The notes beneath the pieces were generated by a model. That model had not been told where the DNA came from and did not search any database. It was given only the letters and a program-made list of their open reading frames with translations. A stretch of DNA of 21,650 bases from the IMG/VR virus record IMGVR_UViG_3300017754_003767. One strand, written 5' to 3'. Origin of the DNA: an uncultured virus (IMG/VR IMGVR_UViG_3300017754_003767) (taxonomy: Duplodnaviria; Heunggongvirae; Uroviricota; Caudoviricetes). Shown here piece by piece: positions 15,600 to 21,650 of the stretch (positions are counted from its first letter, which is position 1; each line of letters opens with the position of its first letter). Made by a program: the position numbers and the translations under genes.

Positions 15600-18223
15600 A
15601 TTTCTTCTGCAGCAACTTCCATTGTCTCATTAGTAGGTACATCTAGGGTAGCCCCGTAGAAATCTCGATACTTTTGACGATCAGAAGACACTTCTACAAT
15701 TGACGGATAAGCCTCATACTTTTGATTTGACTCCCGTACAGCTGCATTAAATACCCGCATACCTTTGGTGTTCTTGGTGGCATACACATTTAACTTGAGC
15801 TGGTGTTTGCAGATGTCAAGGAACAAGGGTTCAAACCGGCCACGAGACATAATGCCTACATTGCAGCTACGACAAAACTCTGCATAGCTTGCATACATCC
15901 ACTGGTTCCAGTTCATGTACGCACCTGAGCTTCCACCTGGTAGCGGCTTACAGAAACCAACAGGAGCAGATGCACCTGGGTCAAATACAACCTTGTGATC
16001 CAACCAATCCAGCAACGGGTTGGAACGCAGGCTTTGCTGCTTCTCATACCGCTGGAAGAAATCAACTTTCTTGCCGGTTTCCATCAGGTATGTCCGCATT
16101 TCTTCTGCAGACATATCCAATAACCAGTTCACCAGACCAGGCAGCATGGGTGCAAACACACCTTGCGGCATACCCTTGGCATCAAACTTGATCAGTTCTT
16201 TTTGCTCGGCTTGTCCACCTTCGAATGGACGATCAAACGGAACAGTGAGACGGCGACGAGCAAGACCAGAAGTATAGTCGGTTGACTGAATAGCTTCGTT
16301 GGCCGTGATCATAACAACCCCGTGGTACTGGAAGGGATCTTGACTTTCAGTCTGATACTTGCGTTCAGAACGAATCCAGTCATTACCAGTGATCGCCTTC
16401 AGTTTTGATACCGACCCACCCCAACGGTCTGCATCTTGGAACAGCAACAGCTTTTTACCCATGTAGCTAGCTGCTTCAAACCTGTTCTTCTCCAGATTTT
16501 CAAAGTCTGTTGAGTAGGTGTTCTGTTTACCGACCAGTGCTACAGCCAGGTTTGCATAGGTGGATTTACCAGATTTACCTGGACCTACAATTTCAATAAA
16601 CTTCTGGATCTCATAGCAGCCAAGGAGTGTGGCCCGCAACCATGCACGTAGAACCTGAGCACGTTGCCAGCTACCGTGTTGAGTGTGCTTCAACCAGATA
16701 ACAATTTCTTCACAAGTGGCAGATGCGTCATAGTTGTACGGCATCTGTTGGATCATGTGAAGCTCCCTGTCAAAAGGAAGTAGTTCACGTGTATCAATAT
16801 TTAGGACACCATTGGTGAACAAGAGGTATTCACCACCTTCATACCAATTATCAAATGCCAGCTCAGCCTGCAGCTGAGCAAAGACATCATTCATAAGGTT
16901 TGTACTGAACCCCTTAGGAAGGAAGTCACCCAACTCCTTGAGCTTGCCCCTTATATCACCAAGCACGTCGATCTTGGTCAACGGTGACCAGAGGCCTTTC
17001 TTTTTGTCCTTCTCATATAAGAAGAACTGACCATGGGGTTGACTGTACAGCAGATTGCCCCTATACATTTGGAGCAATACATCCGTGACCTTATCCGATG
17101 AAGGGTTCCGTCCTTTGGAGTCTTCTCCTTCTTTGTCTACCTGTTTTGCCGGCACATGCTTCGTCTTCTTTTCAAAGACAGGAGCCTGTTCTAATGTGGT
17201 TGCCTGACTCATCTCTAGATCCTGTTCTAATTCTTCCAGCAGTTTCGACACATGTTCTAATGTCGCATCATCGACATTCATCGCCCTGTGATCCTGGGGA
17301 GGCTGCCAACCGTTCTCCTTCGCAATGTGAACAAGAGAACCAATCCCACGACCACCCCCACGACTAAACGACAGCCACCGGCGGTGACATTCGCCATCTT
17401 TATACTTATCCGATTGCCTGGACCAGTTATCCCATTCATCTAATAGGGATTCATCCAGCGAGTGAAGCGACTGACCGACCGTGATCCAAATGTCATAGTC
17501 ATCAGTTGCTTCCGGAGGCAGTGCCCACATTGCCTCCCTTGCCAACTTCATGTCCCGATCAAGATCGATCTGAACATTGACTGCAAAACTTGGGCCAACA
17601 AGCCGAGTAGTTTCCTTGGCAGGGACCCCCTGCTTTACATTTTTATTGATGATGGCATTCAGCAGCCATTCCGGAAACTCAGGCAGTTCCTGGACCCACT
17701 CAAAACCACAGTCCTCACCCGTAAAGTAACCATCGGTCTCAGGGTGCAGACCCATTAGCACACCCTGGTGCCGCTTCCAAAGAATCTCAAGTTTTTCCTT
17801 GTTTTCTTTCCCGTGCCAGGTGTATTTATTTCTGACGAAATGCTTATGATTTTCCCGTTTCAGGCGATAAAGCTTGCGTTCACGCCCGATTTTGCCACTG
17901 AAAACGGTCAGCGTTTGGGGCAATGCTTCATTAAGAGGCAAGCCAGAGAGTTGTTCAATAAGTGGATAGACGCTCGGTCCATCAACATCAACCCAGACCA
18001 AGCCATAAGGATAGTTGTAGACAGGGCCGCCAAGTAAACCGACAGCTTTGCATTTGCCGGTAAGGATTTCCTCCTCAATTTCCTGTGGACTAAATGGCTT
18101 GTTTTGCCAACCTGATACATATGGATCTTTGTTTGCGCCGAGCGGCGTAAGCGGCCAATCCTTGGGGATGTAGTCAAGACGTACCTCGCCGGGTTTCAGG
18201 GTCAATTGTTGTTTGCTTGTCAT
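15596..18223 (-). CDS. Primase-polymerase / PriCT-2 / D5-type SF3 helicase fusion (P4-family primase)
   Basis: N-terminal prim-pol (VWVDVDG, HPETDGY), PriCT-2 (DYDIWITVGQSLH...WDNWSRQSDKY), D5_N (FTNGVLNI.T.EL.P), Walker A GPGKSGKST and ARRR arginine finger. Confidence 0.92.
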   Translation of the reverse strand: MTSKQQLTLKPGEVRLDYIPKDWPLTPLGANKDPYVSGWQNKPFSPQEIEEEILTGKCKAVGLLGGPVYNYPYGLVWVDVDGPSVYPLIEQLSGLPLNEALPQTLTVFSGKIGRERKLYRLKRENHKHFVRNKYTWHGKENKEKLEILWKRHQGVLMGLHPETDGYFTGEDCGFEWVQELPEFPEWLLNAIINKNVKQGVPAKETTRLVGPSFAVNVQIDLDRDMKLAREAMWALPPEATDDYDIWITVGQSLHSLDESLLDEWDNWSRQSDKYKDGECHRRWLSFSRGGGRGIGSLVHIAKENGWQPPQDHRAMNVDDATLEHVSKLLEELEQDLEMSQATTLEQAPVFEKKTKHVPAKQVDKEGEDSKGRNPSSDKVTDVLLQMYRGNLLYSQPHGQFFLYEKDKKKGLWSPLTKIDVLGDIRGKLKELGDFLPKGFSTNLMNDVFAQLQAELAFDNWYEGGEYLLFTNGVLNIDTRELLPFDRELHMIQQMPYNYDASATCEEIVIWLKHTQHGSWQRAQVLRAWLRATLLGCYEIQKFIEIVGPGKSGKSTYANLAVALVGKQNTYSTDFENLEKNRFEAASYMGKKLLLFQDADRWGGSVSKLKAITGNDWIRSERKYQTESQDPFQYHGVVMITANEAIQSTDYTSGLARRRLTVPFDRPFEGGQAEQKELIKFDAKGMPQGVFAPMLPGLVNWLLDMSAEEMRTYLMETGKKVDFFQRYEKQQSLRSNPLLDWLDHKVVFDPGASAPVGFCKPLPGGSSGAYMNWNQWMYASYAEFCRSCNVGIMSRGRFEPLFLDICKHQLKLNVYATKNTKGMRVFNAAVRESNQKYEAYPSIVEVSSDRQKYRDFYGATLDVPTNETMEVAAEEM

Positions 18224-18408
18224 GCTTCCGTGTGCTGCTTGATCTCTACTTTAAAGTCCCGCTCAGGGAATACCGCCTCTTTTACCAACATATACGCATG
18301 AAAATGCATGTTGGTAGGCAGACAAAAACAATCTCCGTCAGCCGCATTCATCATGAGGCTTTGGAGCGTATTCATCCACTCACCAACGGAAATAACGTGG
18401 ATTTCCAT
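18220..18408 (-). CDS. Hypothetical protein (62 aa)
   Basis: ATGA overlap with the primase start. TAGGAT lies upstream. Confidence 0.7.
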   Translation of the reverse strand: MEIHVISVGEWMNTLQSLMMNAADGDCFCLPTNMHFHAYMLVKEAVFPERDFKVEIKQHTEA

Positions 18409-18479
18409 CGGGGGGTTGGGTTGTGTGTCTTCTTATCCTACGGCCCCCAATTCAAGCTGCTCGCAAATAATTCTGTAGA

Positions 18480-18653
18480 TTACTTGGTCTCACCAGACGC
18501 AGCTTGAGCTTTTTCAATTTCCTCATCCCACTCTTTCATGATCTGGTTGTAGGAATCTACTGGGTCTCTACCGTTCTCAATACAAGACGAAGTTGCGACA
18601 GACCAAGCAATACGCTTGCGCAGCTCGAGGGGATCATTTGGATTCCAGACCAT
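18480..18653 (-). CDS. Hypothetical protein (57 aa, not in ORF track)
   Basis: MVWNPNDPLELRKRIAWSVATSSCIENGRDPVDSYNQIMKEWDEEIEKAQAASGETK. Starts 3 nt after the nuclease stop. Confidence 0.65.
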   Translation of the reverse strand: MVWNPNDPLELRKRIAWSVATSSCIENGRDPVDSYNQIMKEWDEEIEKAQAASGETK

Positions 18654-18656
18654 AAC

Positions 18657-19511
18657 TCAAATCAAATCAGGATCATAAACATTACAGCGTTCGATCTGGC
18701 TGTAGTACTCCTCTACCACCTTCAACCAGTCACCCCTTAACGAATCTAAAAACTTCCTGGAGATCTTAAAGACTTGAGTGCGGACAGGCGTGGACACTAA
18801 GATGGCTGCCTGCTGGACCCGCATCCCAAGAGTCTGCTCGATACCAAGGTCGTACGCAGCAAGTTGCTTGCACGTCTTTTTAAATTTCATGTGCCCACCG
18901 AGGATGTCGCGCCACTCCATTGACCCCTTCTCCAGGTCCTTGGGCCACTTGCGACTGTAGGGTTTGACACTGGTCTTAAGGTCGGCAAGCGTCAGTTTGT
19001 TCCCTACAACACCAATGATGTCAGGCGAACCAACCCAAGCCCTGCCCTCGTCATCGTGTGCCCACACCCTACCGATACCATCGTCTGATAGTGTGAATTG
19101 ATGCTTGTCGAGCAGAGGAGTTTCAGCCCATAGCACCTCGTCAAACTGATCGAGAATCCCTGGCATACCAGCCCAAAAGTCCTGGTACTCCTCCGCAATT
19201 TCAGGGTTCTTATCCCCTTTTAAGTAGCATTCCATGCCATAGTGGATAGCTGTACCGCGCTCGGCAGCAGCTTCTTTTACGCCTGGATTGTTCTTACTCC
19301 ACATCTCCAGCTTCCGTTTGTTTGCTTCGGATGCTGTCTCTGAGATAATTGTTGTGACCGATGGCGCCGGCCCTGTTACAAACGGTGTATGGTAGTGTCG
19401 CTTTCCGTTAATTGTAATACGGGCGGGGCGGCTGTTCAGCTCCCGCATCAACTCTGGTTGCTCTTGATATTTCAGCGACCATGGATCGCTTGTTTCAATT
19501 CTAGCAACCAT
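18657..19511 (-). CDS. PD-(D/E)XK family exonuclease
   Basis: PSVTTII, RGTAIH, GSPDIIG, ADLKTS and QLAAY motifs. Confidence 0.88.
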   Translation of the reverse strand: MVARIETSDPWSLKYQEQPELMRELNSRPARITINGKRHYHTPFVTGPAPSVTTIISETASEANKRKLEMWSKNNPGVKEAAAERGTAIHYGMECYLKGDKNPEIAEEYQDFWAGMPGILDQFDEVLWAETPLLDKHQFTLSDDGIGRVWAHDDEGRAWVGSPDIIGVVGNKLTLADLKTSVKPYSRKWPKDLEKGSMEWRDILGGHMKFKKTCKQLAAYDLGIEQTLGMRVQQAAILVSTPVRTQVFKISRKFLDSLRGDWLKVVEEYYSQIERCNVYDPDLI

Positions 19512-19563
19512 TGAAGGTTTTGTATATTGCTGTTATCCTAGCGTATATGCCTAGCTATTGACG

Positions 19564-19668
19564 ATGGAAAACCAAAGGCGGACAATTATGTGGCTGATTG
19601 CAGCTATTGTTCTTGTCGTAGGGCTTGACGCCTACCTGTTTATTGCCGAAGTTTTTAAAAACCAATGA
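19564..19668 (+). CDS. Small single-helix membrane protein (34 aa, not in ORF track)
   Basis: MENQRRTIMWLIAAIVLVVGLDAYLFIAEVFKNQ. ATGA overlap with hli. Confidence 0.55.
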   Translation: MENQRRTIMWLIAAIVLVVGLDAYLFIAEVFKNQ

Positions 19669-19904
19669 ACAAATCAGTGCTCTGGATCCAAGGCTGGTAC
19701 AACTGCCTGTCCTGGATCATTCAAGAAATTATCAGCCGCTACTGCCCAGACCTAAACATTGCAACCTTGCCAACCCACCCTGAGGATTACCTCTGGTACG
19801 CCGAGCGTTTTAATGGTCGCGCCGCCATGCTTGCCGTGATCTTCATCTTGCAATGGGAGTTTGTAACCCACAAATCCATCTGGGAGTTTGCAGGTGTCTA
19901 TTAA
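19665..19904 (+). CDS. hli: High-light-inducible (HLIP/CAB-like) protein
   Basis: AERFNGRAAML followed by a hydrophobic helix and E..T, matching the ExxNGRxAM chlorophyll-binding motif. Confidence 0.8.
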   Translation: MNKSVLWIQGWYNCLSWIIQEIISRYCPDLNIATLPTHPEDYLWYAERFNGRAAMLAVIFILQWEFVTHKSIWEFAGVY

Positions 19905-20055
19905 CCTCACCAGGTTTTATTACGACATCGATGACGAGCAGCGCACCGGCCTCTTGAATCAATGCGTGGTTGACGACGTTGAGACGATTGAAGCCGATGC
20001 GTTTGAATTGGAGTTACAATCCAAGGATATTGAATACATCCGAGTCGACCTGTGA
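19894..20055 (+). CDS. Small acidic protein (53 aa, not in ORF track)
   Basis: GTG start, MSINLTRFYYDIDDEQRTGLLNQCVVDDVETIEADAFELELQSKDIEYIRVDL. The stop overlaps the next start (GTGA). Confidence 0.6.
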   Translation: MSINLTRFYYDIDDEQRTGLLNQCVVDDVETIEADAFELELQSKDIEYIRVDL

Positions 20056-20648
20056 CCCAAGCAACGGACTGGACCACGTATTTTTCTACGGTCAAACCTA
20101 GGCTTGGCGCTCGGGCTGATGGCTTCCAAAAAATTTTCCAACACCTAAATGGGGTCAAAAATCCCATTATTATTGAGACAGGTACGTACCGAGAGGAAGA
20201 CAACTACACGGGCGATGGCTGCTCTACCCTCCTTTTTGACGCGTACGTTAGTGCCCATAGCGGCCAGTTGATTTCCGTTGACATTGACCCAAATGCTTGC
20301 GAGCTAGCCAGTTCAAGTACCAGCAGTAACACTGAGGTTATTGAGTCAGACTCGATTGAGTTTCTTGGCACCCTGGAGGGGCGCTGTGATCTGTTGTACT
20401 TGGACTCGTACAACATCACAAATTGGAATAAGGATTGGGCACCAGCAGCTCATCACCTCAAGGAGTTGTTTGCTGCTAAGAACATCATCAATCCTGGCAC
20501 CTTAATCATTGTTGATGACAACATCACAACACCACAAGGCAAACGTCTTGGCAAAGGACGTTTGATTTATGAACTAATGGAATCTCTTGGTATCCCTGCG
20601 TTTCTTGACAGCTATCAAGTGGGTTGGATTTGGGAAGAACTACAGTAA
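20052..20648 (+). CDS. Class I SAM-dependent methyltransferase (Methyltransf_24-like)
   Basis: IIETGT, SVDID, DSIEFL, DLLYLDS and GTLIIVDD motifs. Confidence 0.8.
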   Translation: MTQATDWTTYFSTVKPRLGARADGFQKIFQHLNGVKNPIIIETGTYREEDNYTGDGCSTLLFDAYVSAHSGQLISVDIDPNACELASSSTSSNTEVIESDSIEFLGTLEGRCDLLYLDSYNITNWNKDWAPAAHHLKELFAAKNIINPGTLIIVDDNITTPQGKRLGKGRLIYELMESLGIPAFLDSYQVGWIWEELQ

Positions 20649-20777
20649 ACCCTACTGTTTTTTCCGGTATATCCCATAGGTATATCCACAAAAATGCGTC
20701 ACACTTAAGATAGTGCTACTGTTGAGGATAGAATGCCACAAGTAATTCTTTTACCACGAAACCCCAAAGGTTCTGAA

Positions 20778-20984
20778 ATGACTCTTTCCAATCAGGTTAA
20801 ACAAGCCCTTGATAATGCCACGGCAAATCTGCGCGAAGCCCTTGCGTTTGCCGCACGTACCGAGCATCCTGTAACGATCAGCACACTAACCGACATCCTG
20901 GTACGCCTAGAGTCCTTGGAGTCCATCGAGGAAATTATGCACAAGTTTGGTAAGCAGCACGACATCCCCACCAACTTTGGCTAA
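20778..20984 (+). CDS. Hypothetical helical protein (68 aa), resembling a conserved cyanophage family
   Basis: MTLSNQVKQALDNATANLREALAFAARTEHP. ATG 20778 preferred over 20733. Confidence 0.7.
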   Translation: MTLSNQVKQALDNATANLREALAFAARTEHPVTISTLTDILVRLESLESIEEIMHKFGKQHDIPTNFG

Positions 20985-21147
20985 GTATAAACTTCCAACG
21001 GAGGCTGAACGCCTCCAAAATTATTTTTGGGAACTCGAAGCAAAGATCCCTAACCCTGGTAAGGACTGGGCACGGTCTGCCAAAGAATGTAAGTGGCTTA
21101 AAATATTAAAAGAAAGAGAACTAAAGTCGAGTGGCTCAAGACGATAG
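20977..21147 (+). CDS. Hypothetical protein (~56 aa)
   Basis: Probable TTG start overlapping the upstream stop; reads MAKYKLPTEAERLQNYFWELE... Confidence 0.5.
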   Translation: MAKYKLPTEAERLQNYFWELEAKIPNPGKDWARSAKECKWLKILKERELKSSGSRR

Positions 21148-21229
21148 CAAGTATTCCAAACCGGAATTACGTGAGCGCATCAAAGATCGTGTGATGGCTG
21201 GCTCTAAGGGTGGCAAGCCAGGCCAGTGA
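21131..21229 (+). pseudogene. N-terminal fragment (32 aa) of a conserved protein (DUF5872-like), interrupted
   Basis: MAQDDSKYSKPELRERIKDRVMAGSKGGKPGQ*. From memory, this family continues ...GGKPGQWSARKAQ; here TGA replaces the Trp codon. Confidence 0.65.
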
Positions 21230-21234
21230 TTTTG

Positions 21235-21243
21235 TGCTATAGT
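21235..21243 (+). promoter_or_regulatory. Extended -10 promoter element for the downstream endonuclease gene
   Basis: TGCTATAGT, 21 nt upstream of ATG 21265. Confidence 0.55.
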
Positions 21244-21264
21244 AAGAAAAGCACAAACCAACCA

Positions 21265-21650
21265 ATGCAAAAACTTTGCCGGGAATGCGGAACTAGAAAG
21301 CCGTATGAAAATTTTGCAAACAAAGGGTACAACTCAGCCGGCAATATAAAAAGAGACAGCGTATGCAAGGATTGCAGATCTTTGATCAACCGTCGATTTA
21401 GATTATTGTATGGAGCAGACGGTCAAAAACAATGCTCTAAATGTGCTCATTATTTAGATTGGGATTGCTTTAGAAGAAGAAAGCAAGACGGTAAATTATA
21501 TCTTCATTCTTCATGCAAAACTTGCAATAAGTTAAGTTGGGATAAATGGGTAGATAACAATAAAGAACATTATCAAAAAGTTAAAAAACAAGGGCAAGAT
21601 TTATTACATCACAATCACAAAAAATATGAGCGCAGAGGAATAACAAAAGA
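21265..21650 (+). CDS. Zinc-finger protein, probable Endonuclease VII-family homing endonuclease (3' partial)
   Basis: MQKLCRECG...VCKDC...KQCSKC...SSCKTC...KKYERRGITK. Two C4 fingers, then GIT where the other two EndoVII genes have YGLT/YGVT. AT-rich; the catalytic domain would lie outside the window. Confidence 0.7.
   Translation, partial: MQKLCRECGTRKPYENFANKGYNSAGNIKRDSVCKDCRSLINRRFRLLYGADGQKQCSKCAHYLDWDCFRRRKQDGKLYLHSSCKTCNKLSWDKWVDNNKEHYQKVKKQGQDLLHHNHKKYERRGITK

Noticed and set aside
18657..19511. Cas4 / CRISPR adaptation gene
   Set aside because: Lacks the four-Cys Fe-S cluster pattern and has no cas context; an ordinary phage exonuclease.
13417..20419. Short antisense or out-of-frame ORFs within the GT, primase, nuclease and methyltransferase genes
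   Set aside because: They overlap well-supported genes and show no motifs.
20682..20690. DnaA box (ATATCCACA)
   Set aside because: A single imperfect match is not enough evidence.
21227..21229. TGA-to-Trp recoding (alternative genetic code)
   Set aside because: Other genes use TGG for Trp and TGA as a true stop in ATGA/GTGA overlaps, and readthrough gives FCAIV rather than a clean motif.
21227..21650. Group I intron call
   Set aside because: No convincing P1 pairing or catalytic core is visible in the window. Left open, not annotated.

Overview
Segment of a tailed dsDNA phage genome, most likely a cyanophage (hli-like gene, CP12-like peptide, speD). Bases 1-9723 (+) form an AT-rich tail and lysis block: a Gly/Thr/Ser repeat fibre, three small adaptor-like proteins, two large proteins built from 20 and 15 copies of a 52-aa repeat (probably stacked 5-bladed beta-propellers), and a glucosaminidase/C39-like endolysin. 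Bases 9720-19511 (-) carry two EndoVII-type endonucleases, two degenerate HNH-fold genes, a GT4 glycosyltransferase, speD, a primase-SF3 helicase and a PD-(D/E)XK nuclease. Bases 19564-end (+) carry small genes, hli, a SAM methyltransferase, and a conserved gene cut short just before a third zinc-finger endonuclease. The most unusual signals are: (1) two endonuclease genes whose promoter regions are degenerate copies of the adjacent host gene sequence; (2) a roughly 235-bp non-coding imperfect palindrome with nested symmetric sites beside the two degenerate HNH genes; (3) repeat shuffling in the propeller proteins; (4) a 37-aa peptide consisting only of a CP12 C-terminus. All family calls come from motif recognition, not database searches.
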